From the NCBI RefSeq assembly GCF_045802625.1, contig NZ_JBJMQP010000096.1:37810-101809 (forward strand): 64,000 nucleotides of DNA, given 5' to 3'. Position numbers and translations under genes: made by a program. Shown piece after piece: positions 18,290 to 29,967 of this stretch. Every line of letters starts with the position of its first letter. The stretch's first letter is position 1. The stretch is from Hyalangium sp. (GTDB lineage: Bacteria > Myxococcota > Myxococcia > Myxococcales > Myxococcaceae). A model generated the notes under the pieces. The model was not told the origin of the DNA. It saw only the letters and a list, made by a program, of their open reading frames with translations, and did no database searches.

Positions 18290-18781
18290 CTAGCGCTTGC
18301 GCGAGAACCAGCCCATGAGGGCCTCGAGCTCGCGGCGGTCCACCTCGTCGAAGGCGGTCTTGTGCTCCGAGTCGATGTCGAGCACGGCAATCAGCTCGCG
18401 GTTGGGACCGAACACCGGCACGACGATCTCCGACGCCGAGCGCCCATCGCACGTGATGTGCCCGGGGAAGGCGTGCACGTCTGGCACCAGCACCGTCTCG
18501 CGCGTGGCCGCCGAGGCGCCACACACGCCCTTGCCGAAGACGATCTCCAGGCACCCGAGCGTCCCCTGGTACGGGCCCACCCGCAGCAGCTTGCCCGGCT
18601 GCACCACCCGGTAGAAGCCCGTCCACAGGTGCCCGAAGGCATGGTGCAGCAGGCAGCTCATGGTGGACATGCCGGCGATGTCGTCGTCGATGCCTTCCAG
18701 CACTGCTTCGACGTGCCGCTTCAGCTCCGCGTACGCCTCCGCCTTCGACTTGCCGCGCAGATCCAGGGTGACTTCAGCCAT
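18290..18781 (-). CDS. GAF-domain protein, free methionine-(R)-sulfoxide reductase (fRMsr/MsrC)-like
   Basis: 163 aa, the size of a single GAF domain. It carries the conserved Cys cluster of fRMsr (MSCLLHH...GKGVCG...GHITCDGRSASEIVVPV). Confidence 0.55.
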   Translation of the reverse strand: MAEVTLDLRGKSKAEAYAELKRHVEAVLEGIDDDIAGMSTMSCLLHHAFGHLWTGFYRVVQPGKLLRVGPYQGTLGCLEIVFGKGVCGASAATRETVLVPDVHAFPGHITCDGRSASEIVVPVFGPNRELIAVLDIDSEHKTAFDEVDRRELEALMGWFSRKR

Positions 18782-18809
18782 GGTGGGAACCTCGACAGGT
18801 GCGGTGGCG

Positions 18810-18838
18810 CTGGGGCGCCGCTGGGGCGCCCCTTTTAC
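18810..18838 (+). terminator. GC-rich hairpin followed by a T-tract (terminator-like on the + strand; also a 5'-UTR hairpin for the minus-strand GAF gene)
   Basis: GGGGCGCC-gctgg-GGCGCCCC followed by TTTT on the + strand, in the 174-bp gap between 18781 (GAF start) and 18956. Confidence 0.35.
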
Positions 18839-18955
18839 CCGAAAATCCCTGTACGCCAGCAGGCGCCCTGCAGCGATGGGGCTTCACCCCGTAAGCCTGG
18901 CTGCTCGCTCTCCTGGGAAGCCGGGCTTTCGCTGAAAGAGAGCCCCCGCTGGGCC

Positions 18956-20020
18956 TCAGCTGGCGGCGTTCGCCGGGGAGGCGGTCTCGGGCTCGGCCTT
19001 CTGGGCTGCTGGAGCCTTCTCCGCCTTCTCCGCCTTCTGCAGCAGCCCGTAGCGCTTGGCCGCGGACTCAAGGATGCGCCCCACGAGCTGGGTAAAGGAC
19101 ATGCCCTTCTCACGGGCTCCGAGCGCCAGCTCGCTCTTGTCCTCCAGATAGGGGTTCGGGTTCACCTCGAGGACGTACGGATCTCCAGCCTCCGAGATGC
19201 GGAGGTCGATGCGCGCGTAGTCCTGCAGCTTGAGCCCGCGGTAGGCCAGCAGGGCGGCCCGCTCCACGCGCTGGCGCAGCTCCGGCGTGATGTTGCGGGC
19301 GATGACGAGCTTGGGAGAGCCCTCCGTCTCCGGGCCGAACTTCACCTCCCGGTCGGAGATGGTCGGCTTGTTCTTGTCCCAGTTGCCGAAGTCCAGCTCG
19401 ACGATGGGCAGGATCTCCGGCATCTCCTTGGGGCCGATCACGCCCACGTACACCTCGCGGCCCTCGATGAACTCCTCCGCGAGCGCCTCGTCCTGCAGCT
19501 CCTTGCGGATCTCCTGCACCCGCCGCGTCAGCTCCTCCCAGGTGCGCACCAGCGACTTCTTCCCGATGCCAATCGAGGCGTCACTGCGCGACGGCTTGAC
19601 GATCAGCGGGAACTCGAGATCTCCATTGGTCTCCACGGTGACGCCGTCAAAGGTGGCGAAGTCCGCGGTGGGGATCTCGTGGTACTCCAGCAGCTGCTTG
19701 GTGAGGATCTTGTCCTGCGCCAGCAGCAGCCCCGCCGTCCCCGAGCCGGTGAACTTCACCCGCGCCATCTCCATCAGCGCCGCGACGTTCACCTCCATCC
19801 GGTAGTCCTCGGCGAACGTCTCGCAGAGGTTGAACACCAGGTCGCACTTCGAGCGGTCGATCTCCGTGAGGATGTCGAAGACGCGATCGCTCACGGCGAT
19901 GGTGGAGACCTCATGCCCCAGCTGCTTGAGGGACTCACCCACCTGGGTGGTGACGGGATCCACCGGCTCTCCGTCCGGCTGGTAATGCAGGATGGCGATC
20001 TTGAGAGGTGGTACCGGCAT
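18956..20020 (-). CDS. ATP-grasp enzyme, D-alanine-D-alanine ligase-like
   Basis: Blocks KILTKQLLEYHEIPTADF, FPLIVKPSRSDASIGI, EEFIEGREVYVGVIG and RIDLRISEAGDPYVLEVNPNPYL. The C-terminal tail is Lys/Ala-rich and low-complexity. Confidence 0.7.
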   Translation of the reverse strand: MPVPPLKIAILHYQPDGEPVDPVTTQVGESLKQLGHEVSTIAVSDRVFDILTEIDRSKCDLVFNLCETFAEDYRMEVNVAALMEMARVKFTGSGTAGLLLAQDKILTKQLLEYHEIPTADFATFDGVTVETNGDLEFPLIVKPSRSDASIGIGKKSLVRTWEELTRRVQEIRKELQDEALAEEFIEGREVYVGVIGPKEMPEILPIVELDFGNWDKNKPTISDREVKFGPETEGSPKLVIARNITPELRQRVERAALLAYRGLKLQDYARIDLRISEAGDPYVLEVNPNPYLEDKSELALGAREKGMSFTQLVGRILESAAKRYGLLQKAEKAEKAPAAQKAEPETASPANAAS

Positions 20021-20098
20021 GGCCCCTCAAGTGTAAGTCCTCGCCGCGCCCGGTGCATCCGGGCTCCCGAGCGCTGGCGCACTTTTCGTCCGCGCCGC

Positions 20099-21166
20099 TC
20101 AGTCCACGTCGAAGAAGCGGTCCGTGTAGAGGTAGTTCATCGCCAGCGCCGTGACCAGCGAGGTGAGCTTGGTGAGGTACTCGCGCGTCTTGTCCAGATG
20201 GATGGAGAGGCGCAGCGCGATGGCCCGCTCGAGCAGGTGGTCCACCAGCGCCACCACCACCGGCCGGCCCACGCCGCTGTACTGCGTCACGGACTGGATC
20301 AGCGACTGGCGCTCGGCGCGGATGAGCATCTCCGCGCTGGCCGGCGCGGTGTCCGGGGGCTCGAACAGCCCGAGCAGATCCTGATCCAGGTGCTCGCGCA
20401 GCTTCAGCTCCACGCGCTCCTCGAGCTGGCGCTGGCGGTAGTGATCGAGGACCGTCTCCTCCATGTCCTCCACGTCGAGGTCCCGCTCGGCCAGCTGCAC
20501 GAGCGGCGGCGTGCGGCCCACGCGCTTGATCACCTCGTCCATGTACTGGAGCTTCTTGAGCGCGCCCCAGCCCGCGTAGCGCTTGGTCCAGTCCAGCCCC
20601 GGCGTCAGCCACACCGCGAACGTCTCGGCGAAGTCCTCGTCCGGGTGCTTCTGCGCGTACCAGCCGGAGATGTGGACGACATATTTCCGGCTGAACGGCC
20701 GCGGCTTGTAGTTCTCGTTGTAGGGCTTGGAGTAGTCCCCGAAGAGCTTCCGCCACTCGTCCGTGTCATAGAGGCGGTAGGCGTAGTTGAAGGCGTGCCC
20801 GGCCTCGTGGCGCAGGTACATGAGGATCTCGCGCTCCGTCTCCGCGTCGCCGCTCAGCTCCGCCTCGATGGAGTGCAGCCGAGGATCCGCCAGGTAGAAC
20901 GGCAGCCCGATCACCGGCACGCCGGACGGGCAGCCCCACTGATCCGACAGGTAGCACTCTGGCAGGAAGGAGATGCCCTTGGCCTCCAGCTCGCTGTAGA
21001 GCTGCTGGATGAAGCGCTCCAGGGCCGTGCCCCTCAGGTGGAGCTTGAGATCCTTGATGCGGGCCTGGAGCAGCGCCTCGCGCTCGGGACGGCGGGGGGA
21101 GTCCGCCGCCTCATGCGGGTCTGCGAGGGTCTTCTCTCGGAAGGTGATCTGGGAGGGCGAAAGCAT
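20099..21166 (-). CDS. Putative zinc metallopeptidase (HEAGH motif; zincin-like, possibly Peptidase_Mx-type)
   Basis: HExxH motif HEAGHAF with a downstream Glu-containing block DEDFAETFAVW. GGGGA lies before ATG 21166. Same strand as the flanking ATP-grasp (79 bp away) and the Ser/Thr kinase (168 bp away). Confidence 0.5.
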   Translation of the reverse strand: MLSPSQITFREKTLADPHEAADSPRRPEREALLQARIKDLKLHLRGTALERFIQQLYSELEAKGISFLPECYLSDQWGCPSGVPVIGLPFYLADPRLHSIEAELSGDAETEREILMYLRHEAGHAFNYAYRLYDTDEWRKLFGDYSKPYNENYKPRPFSRKYVVHISGWYAQKHPDEDFAETFAVWLTPGLDWTKRYAGWGALKKLQYMDEVIKRVGRTPPLVQLAERDLDVEDMEETVLDHYRQRQLEERVELKLREHLDQDLLGLFEPPDTAPASAEMLIRAERQSLIQSVTQYSGVGRPVVVALVDHLLERAIALRLSIHLDKTREYLTKLTSLVTALAMNYLYTDRFFDVD

Positions 21167-21334
21167 CGGGTCCCCGGAAGGCCCCGGAGTCTAATGGCAG
21201 GGCCTGGGGGGTAAATTGGCTCGCTTCCTGCTGGGTGCAAACCCCTGGAACGACTGGACTCTATGGCCTCAAACGACCCCTGAAGGGGCCGTCCTGGGGC
21301 CTGGCAGGCGAGCAACCCGGTGGCTGGCGGGCGG

Positions 21335-23080
<1,746 letters not shown>

Positions 23081-23202
23081 TGGGGCCGGAGTATAGGCAA
23101 CCCGGGCGTGAGGCCCAACGGGGATGCGCTGAGCGCAGGGGAAGCAGGCAGGCAACCAAACCGTTCCCGAAGGCGCTCAGGGCTGTTACATCCCCCGCCG
23201 CC

Positions 23203-25173
23203 ATGAGCCTCCTCATCGCCCAGGATATCTGCCTCGCCTACGGCAAGAAGGTCCTCTTCGAAGATGCCAGCTTCACCCTGGGCCCCCGGGACCGTGTAGG
23301 CCTGGTGGGCGCCAACGGGACGGGTAAGAGCTCGTTGATGAAGATCGTCGCCGGGGTGCAGCACGCGGACTCGGGGACGGTCTCCTTCGCTCGGGGAGCC
23401 CGGGTGGGCTACCTGCCGCAGGAGCTCATGGGCCTGCCCTCGGGGACGGTGGTGGAGGCGGTGCTGAGCACCGTGCCCGGCCGAGACAAGCTGGAGTCCC
23501 GCCTGAAGAGCACCGAGGAGGCGCTCGCCCAGGCCCCGGACGAGGCCACCCAGCTGGAGCTGTCCCAGGAGCTGGCGGACCTGCACACGGAGCTGGATCA
23601 CTTCGAGGACCACTACGGCCGGCACCACGCCGAGCGGATCCTCAAGGGCCTGGGCTTCCGGGACGCGGACTTGGCCAAGGCCACGGGGGCGCTGTCGGGC
23701 GGGTGGCGGATGCGCGCGGCGCTGGCGGGCTTGCTGCTGCAGGATCCGGATCTGCTGCTGCTGGACGAGCCCACCAACCACCTGGACGTGCCCACGCTCA
23801 CGTGGTTCGACGACTTCCTGCGCCGCTCGAACAAGGCGCTGATCCTTATTTCTCACGATCGAGACTTTCTCAACCGGCAGGTGGGGAAGGTGCTGGCGCT
23901 GGAGATCGAGGGCCTGCGCTCGTACGTGGGCAACTACGACGCCTACAAGCGCCTGCGGGCCGAGGAGATGGAGCTGCTGCGCGCCCGGGCCGCGAAGGTA
24001 GAGGCCCGCCGCGCCGAGCTGCAGTCCTTCATCGATCGGTTCGGAGCCAAGGCGACCAAGGCCCGGCAGGCGCAGAGCCGCGCGAAGATGCTGGAGAAGC
24101 TGGAGGAGGTGCACCTGCTGGAGGAGCGCGACACGGTGCACTTCCGCTTCCCGGAGGTGGAGCGCTCGGGCCGGGACGTGGCGATGATGGAGGGGGTACG
24201 CAAGAGCTACGGCAGTCATGTGGTGTACTCGGGGCTGGACGCGCGAGTGGAGCGAGGTCAGCGCATCGCGGTGATCGGGGCCAACGGCGCGGGCAAGACG
24301 ACGCTGCTGAAGATCCTGGCCGGGGAGCTGGCGCCGGACGGCGGCGAGGTGAAGCTGGGGCACAACGTGGTGATGGGCTACTACGCGCAGCACCACGCGG
24401 ACACGCTGGACAAGCGCAACACCATCCTGGAGGAGGTGCGCCCGCTGGCGGCGGACAGGCCGGAGAGCTACGTGCGCGGAGTGCTGGGCGCGTTCCTGTT
24501 CTCGGGCGATGACGTGGACAAGCCCATCGGGGTGCTGTCGGGCGGCGAGCGGGCGCGCGTGGCGCTGGCGAAGCTGCTGTTGAGGCCCTCGAACTTCCTG
24601 CTGATGGACGAGCCCACCAACCACCTGGATCTGGACTCGACGGAGATGCTGATCGACGCGCTGGCGAGGTACGGCGGGACGCTGCTGTTCGTCTCGCACA
24701 ACCGGGCGTTCGTGAACCGGCTGGCCAGCCAGGTGTGGGACGTGGTGGACGGCAAGGTGGTGCCGTACTCGGGCAATCTGGACGAGTACCTGTACCACCA
24801 GGAGCAGCTCCGCCTGGCGGCCGAGGCGGCGGCAGCGGGAGAGAAGGGCAAGGGCAACGACAAGGTCGCCCCGGGCCCGGTGACGGAGAAGGAGCGCAAG
24901 CGGCTGGAGGCCGAGGCCCGCCAGCGCCGCAGCGTGGTGGAGGGGCCCATCAAGAAGGAGATCGCCCGGATCGAAGAGCGGATCTCCAAGCTGGAGGCCG
25001 AGCAGAAGGAGCGCGAGGCGCAGCTGGCGGATCCGGTGCTCTACAACGACTTCGCTCGGGCCAAGCCGCTGATGGACACGCACCGGGCCGGCAAGGAGGA
25101 GCTGGAGTCGCTGTACATGGAGTGGGAGGCCGCGCAGGAGAAGCTGGCCGCGGCCTCGGCTTCCCTGGGGTGA
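23203..25173 (+). CDS. ABC-F family ATPase (two ABC domains plus a C-terminal coiled coil; Uup/YheS-like)
   Basis: Two Walker A sites (GANGTGKSSL, GANGAGKTTL) and two signature motifs (LSGGWRMR, LSGGERARVA). No transmembrane domain. A C-terminal coiled coil. The start is ATG 23203 (MSLLIAQ). It is divergent from the kinase gene. Confidence 0.8.
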   Translation: MSLLIAQDICLAYGKKVLFEDASFTLGPRDRVGLVGANGTGKSSLMKIVAGVQHADSGTVSFARGARVGYLPQELMGLPSGTVVEAVLSTVPGRDKLESRLKSTEEALAQAPDEATQLELSQELADLHTELDHFEDHYGRHHAERILKGLGFRDADLAKATGALSGGWRMRAALAGLLLQDPDLLLLDEPTNHLDVPTLTWFDDFLRRSNKALILISHDRDFLNRQVGKVLALEIEGLRSYVGNYDAYKRLRAEEMELLRARAAKVEARRAELQSFIDRFGAKATKARQAQSRAKMLEKLEEVHLLEERDTVHFRFPEVERSGRDVAMMEGVRKSYGSHVVYSGLDARVERGQRIAVIGANGAGKTTLLKILAGELAPDGGEVKLGHNVVMGYYAQHHADTLDKRNTILEEVRPLAADRPESYVRGVLGAFLFSGDDVDKPIGVLSGGERARVALAKLLLRPSNFLLMDEPTNHLDLDSTEMLIDALARYGGTLLFVSHNRAFVNRLASQVWDVVDGKVVPYSGNLDEYLYHQEQLRLAAEAAAAGEKGKGNDKVAPGPVTEKERKRLEAEARQRRSVVEGPIKKEIARIEERISKLEAEQKEREAQLADPVLYNDFARAKPLMDTHRAGKEELESLYMEWEAAQEKLAAASASLG

Positions 25174-25296
25174 GTTTCCCTTCCTCGGGCGTAAGGCACA
25201 GATGGGATCACCCCCTGTGCTACCCTGGCGCAAGCCAGGTGCCTCACTGGCTCTGAAGGAGGGAGGGCTTGCGCAAGCAGCGCCCGCTCATTGCCC

Positions 25297-28200
25297 ATGT
25301 CAAATCCGGACAAAGACAATCAGCCCCTCGCTTCGACTCTGACCCTCACGCCAGGGAATCCTGCTTCCCCCGGGCCGAACCGTGAGGGTGAGAAAGGCGG
25401 CCAGGCCGTCGCCGGTGTGGAGCGTGTCCCCGCCTCGCCTGAAAGCCCGAGCTTCCCGGTCACCGACTGGGAGCGCTACGAGTTCCTGGAGGTGTTGGGC
25501 CACGGCGGGATGGGAGAGGTCTACAAGGCGCGTGATAGGCGCTTGGGGCGCATCGTTGCGCTCAAGTTCATCCGTGGAGCGGATCCGGATCTGGTCATGC
25601 GCTTTCTTCAGGAGGCTCGCGCGCAGTCCCGCATCGATCACCCGAATGTCTGCAAGGTGTACGAAGCAGGAGAGGTGGCCGGGAAAGCCTACATCGCCAT
25701 GCAACTGGTGGCAGGCCAGCAACTGGATCGGGCCGCCGCCAAGATGTCACTGCCCGAGAAGGTGGGGGTGATGAAGCAGGTGGCCGCAGCAGTGCATGAG
25801 GCGCACCGGCTGGGCGTCATCCACCGGGATCTCAAGCCCAGCAACATTATGGTGGAGCGAGGAGAGGATGGACGCTGCATCCCCGTGATCATGGATTTCG
25901 GGCTGGCCTACGAAGTCAGCCAGGGACATGGGCTGACAGTGACCGGAGCGTTGCTGGGGACGCCGTCGTACATGGCCCCAGAGCAAGCGCGGGGGGACAC
26001 GCGGAACATCGATCGTCGCACGGATGTGTATGGGCTTGGGGCGACATTCTATGAACTGCTGGTGGGAGTGGCTCCGTTCACTGGAGCCACGCTCATGGAC
26101 ACGCTGGCGAAGGTACTCGACGAGGAGCCACCCCCGCTGCGTGTGCGCGAGCCTCAACTCGCCAAGGACTTGCAGACCATCGTTCTCAAGTGTCTGAGCA
26201 AGGAACCGAACCAGCGTTATGCGTCCGCTCGGGAGCTGGCCGAGGATCTGGATCGCTATATCGACGGCGAGCCGATTCTGGGGCAGCGGCAAAGCTTGGT
26301 GTACAGATGGAAGAAGCAAGCGCAAAGGCACCGAGCACTCGTGGGTGTCTCGGGCGGGGCCTTGGTCATCATCCTGCTCCTCGCGGCGTTCGGGCTCCGC
26401 GCCTGGGTGGAGGGGAGACGCACACAGGAGCGAGCGCGGCTGGCCGAGCAGCTGGGGCAGCAGGTCAAGGAGATGGAGCTGTTCCTGCGGACCGCGTACG
26501 GCCTGCCACTGCACGACACCAGTCGGGAGCAGCAGTGGGTGCGAGAGCGGATGGCGCGGATCGCCTCCCAACAGCAGCAACTGGGCGACGAGGACGGAGG
26601 GCTGGCACACTATGCACTGGGGCGCGGCTACCTTGCATTGCATGAGCCCGACAAGGCACTCGAGGAATTGACGCGAGCGATGGACATGGGAGTGGACTCG
26701 CGGGAGTTGCACTACGCTAGGGGACGCGCGCTCGGCGAGTTGTATGAACGGGCCGAGCAGGCGCTACGTGCCCAGACGGCGGCCACCGAGATAAAGCAGC
26801 AGCGTGAGCTTGAGCAAAAGTACCTCGAACCCGCCATCCAGTCGCTCGAGCGCAGTCGAGGATTGGAACTGGAGTCATCCCATTATCTTGAAGGCCTCAT
26901 TGCCTTCTTGCGGCATGACTACAAGAACGCGGCACAGGCTGCGGAACAGGCCGCGGTCGAGGCTCCGTGGATGTATGAGGCTTTGACACTCGCAGGCGAT
27001 GTGGCCTTCAACCAACGGAGGACGCAAGTCGTTCGTCCTGGCCTCGATGGGGCGAGTACCGCCTTGCTCAAGGCAGTGGGCCTGTACGAGCAAGCGGCAG
27101 ATATTGCGCGGAGTGATCCACGCAACTACGAGGCACTTGCGGAAGTATGGCTTCTTCAGTCTCAGATAGACCGTAATCAGTCACGATCAGAATGGCCATC
27201 GTTGGTGCGAGCCCTCGCAGCGAACGACAAAGCTCTTCAGGCGTCGCCTCTGCGAGCATCAGCGTACAATGAACGAGCCCGCATCTTGAGGAGTTGGAAT
27301 CAGGAAGTGAACTCCCGGTCGAGCCTGATTCAGGCCGCGGCCATCTCCGCCGCTTCTCGTGCCGTGGAGTTAGATCCGGCAAGTGCGGAGGCCTACTACG
27401 TAGTGGCTTCTTTGTTGGAGGGGCGTGCCAGTCAATTAGCCGACGAAGGCAAGGATCCGGACGTTGTCTGGGATGAGGCGGTCACCTCGCTCAATCGGGC
27501 CATCGAACTACAGCCCAGCAATATGGGCACGATCGGCCAGTTCGCACGACTCTATTTGGCGCGAGGCGATTATTTACTGGAGCGAGGCCAAGACCCCAGT
27601 GATGCGTATGCGGAGGCTGAGCGTTTCTTCAATAGAGTGATTCGTGGCGACTCGTTGGTGTGGAATCTCGGCACTGTGGCCAATTTCCTGATGGATCTTC
27701 ACGCTGGCTTGGCTGAATACCGCCTGTCGATCGGACTCAATCCCGAGGATGAAGTCCAGAAAGTGCTCGAAGTGGGGCAGCGAGCCCCCGCCAGGGCTGT
27801 GAGGCGGGATAGAATGGCCCGTGCCGAGCTGACACGAGCCCAGTATCTCATCAACAATGGTGGTGACCCGCAGCCCTCATTCGAGCGGGCTCGGGGCTAC
27901 TTCGAGGACGAGGAGCGGATTCGTGAGGACGCGGCGCGCTCCCTCGGTCGTAAACCGGATTGTATCGGCTGCGAGCTCATGGGCGCGCGGCTGGATCTGG
28001 AGGAAGCCCTCTGGGTTCGGCAACGAGGGCAGGTGGCCTTACCGCTTCTCATGGACGCGCTCGCTAAAGCCCGACGCGCAGTGGAGCAGGGGCACAGCAG
28101 CATGAGCCACTTGGAACTGGCGCGGGTCTATTGGCGCCTCGCGGAGGCGCAGCCAGTGGGAGAGGCGCCGACGGCTATCACAGAAGGGTTTGCGCAGGTG

Positions 28201-28440
28201 GAACTGGTGCTTCAGCGAAATCCGTCTCTGGCGCACGCTTACGCCATCCGTGGAGGGCTTTTTCTCGTAAAGGCACGAGCCGCCCGCAAACCAGCGGAGC
28301 GCCTCGATGCGGTTCACCAAGCACAGGCTGCGATGGCACAGGCCTTCAATCTCAATCCGCTGTTGAAGCGGGAGTACGCTGCGGTCGCGCACGAAGTGGA
28401 GTCAATGCTCTTGCCGTCAGAGGCGCGGATTTCGCCATAG
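25297..28440 (+). CDS. Ser/Thr protein kinase with a TM segment and a long C-terminal TPR/Sel1-like repeat region
   Basis: Kinase motifs GHGGMGEVYKA, HRDLKPSNIMV, DFGLA and TPSYMAPE. The TM helix is ALVGVSGGALVIILLLAAFGL. Roughly 650 aa of helical repeats follow. The track lists a TTG at 25291; ATG 25297 (MSNPDKD) is the likelier start. Confidence 0.75.
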   Translation: MSNPDKDNQPLASTLTLTPGNPASPGPNREGEKGGQAVAGVERVPASPESPSFPVTDWERYEFLEVLGHGGMGEVYKARDRRLGRIVALKFIRGADPDLVMRFLQEARAQSRIDHPNVCKVYEAGEVAGKAYIAMQLVAGQQLDRAAAKMSLPEKVGVMKQVAAAVHEAHRLGVIHRDLKPSNIMVERGEDGRCIPVIMDFGLAYEVSQGHGLTVTGALLGTPSYMAPEQARGDTRNIDRRTDVYGLGATFYELLVGVAPFTGATLMDTLAKVLDEEPPPLRVREPQLAKDLQTIVLKCLSKEPNQRYASARELAEDLDRYIDGEPILGQRQSLVYRWKKQAQRHRALVGVSGGALVIILLLAAFGLRAWVEGRRTQERARLAEQLGQQVKEMELFLRTAYGLPLHDTSREQQWVRERMARIASQQQQLGDEDGGLAHYALGRGYLALHEPDKALEELTRAMDMGVDSRELHYARGRALGELYERAEQALRAQTAATEIKQQRELEQKYLEPAIQSLERSRGLELESSHYLEGLIAFLRHDYKNAAQAAEQAAVEAPWMYEALTLAGDVAFNQRRTQVVRPGLDGASTALLKAVGLYEQAADIARSDPRNYEALAEVWLLQSQIDRNQSRSEWPSLVRALAANDKALQASPLRASAYNERARILRSWNQEVNSRSSLIQAAAISAASRAVELDPASAEAYYVVASLLEGRASQLADEGKDPDVVWDEAVTSLNRAIELQPSNMGTIGQFARLYLARGDYLLERGQDPSDAYAEAERFFNRVIRGDSLVWNLGTVANFLMDLHAGLAEYRLSIGLNPEDEVQKVLEVGQRAPARAVRRDRMARAELTRAQYLINNGGDPQPSFERARGYFEDEERIREDAARSLGRKPDCIGCELMGARLDLEEALWVRQRGQVALPLLMDALAKARRAVEQGHSSMSHLELARVYWRLAEAQPVGEAPTAITEGFAQVELVLQRNPSLAHAYAIRGGLFLVKARAARKPAERLDAVHQAQAAMAQAFNLNPLLKREYAAVAHEVESMLLPSEARISP

Positions 28441-28462
28441 AGTGCTGTGTCGGCAGTGATCA

Positions 28463-29797
28463 TCAGTCCTGCCGGAGCTCCAACCGGGGCGCGTTCGCGT
28501 GATCCGGGGGCTTCTGCTTGTTGCCCAGGCGCCAGGCCACGAGTCCTCCTCCCGCCATGATCATCCCCACGGCGGCGAGCGCCCACAGCAGCCCGGTTCG
28601 CTGGTGCGGCTGGAAGAGGGCTCGTGCTGACAGGGTTGGCGCCTCATCCGAGGGCCGGCTCGGCTTCGCGGGCGGAGGCTGGACGAGCCGGAGCCTTGGC
28701 GGCGTCTCCACCTTCGTGATGGCAAGCCCCGGCCGAATCGGTACTGAGGAGCGCGGAGGAGGCGGCGGCGGCGGTGAGAAGCGCGGCGGCGGTGAGAAGC
28801 GCGGCGGCACGGCAGCGATGCGCGGCGGCGGAGGAGGCTCGGTGCGAGGTGAGTGGCTCGGTGGAGCCGGGGCCTCCGTGGGCGCGCTGTCGATCATCTT
28901 CGACACGAACTGCGCGATCCGGTGCACGCCCACCTTCTTCCCCGTGGAGAGGATGAAGTCCTCCAGATCCGACTGGAACGCCCGGCAGTCCGGGTAGCGC
29001 TGCTCGCGATCCTTGGCGAGCGCACGATCGAGGATCTTCGATACCGCCTTGGGCAGATCCGGCCGGCGCTCCACCGCGGGCACGGGTGGCTCGTAGAGGA
29101 TCGCCTGGGCCATGCTGGCTTCGGTGGTCGCGTTGAACGGCTTGCGGCCGGTGAGCAGCTCGTAGAAGACGATCCCCAGCGCGTACACGTCCACGCGCCG
29201 ATCCAACTCCTTGTTGCGGATCTGCTCGGGCGCCATGTACGAGAGCTTGCCCTTGATGACTCCGGTCAACGTGCGGTGGCTCTGGTTGGCCGCCTTGGCG
29301 ATGCCGAAGTCCACGATCTTCACCGCGCCCTGCCGGGACAGCAGGATGTTGTCGAGGCTCACGTCCCGGTGGATCAGCCCCAGGTGCTGTCCCGTGTCCG
29401 GATCCTGAAGCTCGTGAGCGAAGGCCAGCCCCTCGCAGGCCGTCGCGATCAGCCGGGAGCAGAGCACCGGGGACAGCGCCATCTCGAGCGCGTTCACCCG
29501 CTTCAAGAGCGCGCGCAGGTTGAGGCCGTTGATGTACTCCATGGCCAGGTAGTACGTGCCGTGGGCCTGCCCGAAGTCGAAGATCTGGACGATGTGAGGG
29601 TGCGTGAGCCGCGCGGCCAGCTTGGCCTCGGTGAAGAACATCTCCACGAAGGCCTCATCCCCCGCCAGGTGCGGCAGGATGCGCTTGACCACGACTTCTT
29701 TCTCGAAGTCCATGGGGCCCGCGACCTTGGCCAGCCAGACCTCGGCCATTCCCCCGATCGCGAGCTTGCGGATGAGCCGGTATTTGCCGATCTGCAT
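28463..29797 (-). CDS. Ser/Thr protein kinase with a Pro-rich tail and a C-terminal TM segment
   Basis: Kinase motifs [32 protein letters not shown] and [26 protein letters not shown] repeat. The TM helix is [20 protein letters not shown]. The likely start is the internal ATG (MQIGKYRL) near 29797; the track ORF extends to 29929. Confidence 0.7.
   Translation of the reverse strand: MQIGKYRLIRKLAIGGMAEVWLAKVAGPMDFEKEVVVKRILPHLAGDEAFVEMFFTEAKLAARLTHPHIVQIFDFGQAHGTYYLAMEYINGLNLRALLKRVNALEMALSPVLCSRLIATACEGLAFAHELQDPDTGQHLGLIHRDVSLDNILLSRQGAVKIVDFGIAKAANQSHRTLTGVIKGKLSYMAPEQIRNKELDRRVDVYALGIVFYELLTGRKPFNATTEASMAQAILYEPPVPAVERRPDLPKAVSKILDRALAKDREQRYPDCRAFQSDLEDFILSTGKKVGVHRIAQFVSKMIDSAPTEAPAPPSHSPRTEPPPPPRIAAVPPRFSPPPRFSPPPPPPPRSSVPIRPGLAITKVETPPRLRLVQPPPAKPSRPSDEAPTLSARALFQPHQRTGLLWALAAVGMIMAGGGLVAWRLGNKQKPPDHANAPRLELRQD
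28755..28812. repeat. Perfect tandem duplication of about 18 bp (gcggcggtgagaagcgcg x2) inside the kinase gene 28463..29797
   Basis: Seen directly in the sequence. On the minus strand it encodes the repeated PPRFSP units in the Pro-rich tail. Confidence 0.5.
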
Positions 29798-29967
29798 CCC
29801 GGCAAGCTCGATCCGGGAGGCAAAGTCCGCGACCCCACCCGCGCGAGGATCCGCGCGCACTGTCCGTGCGAGCACAGGCCGACTGCCCGGGGGCTGACGG
29901 ATCCCTCGAAGGGCCGAGGGCAGTGCCAACCCTCAAGAAACGAGAGTCGCTTCGCCAGGCAGGGCGC

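Noticed and set aside
18362-21214. 950-aa plus-strand ORF
   Set aside because: It is antisense to the ATP-grasp and HEAGH peptidase genes. It has no motifs and is Arg/Leu/Gly-rich.
28441-28462. Possible bidirectional terminator between the convergent kinase genes
   Set aside because: The gap is only 22 bp and carries no convincing stem-loop with a U-tract.
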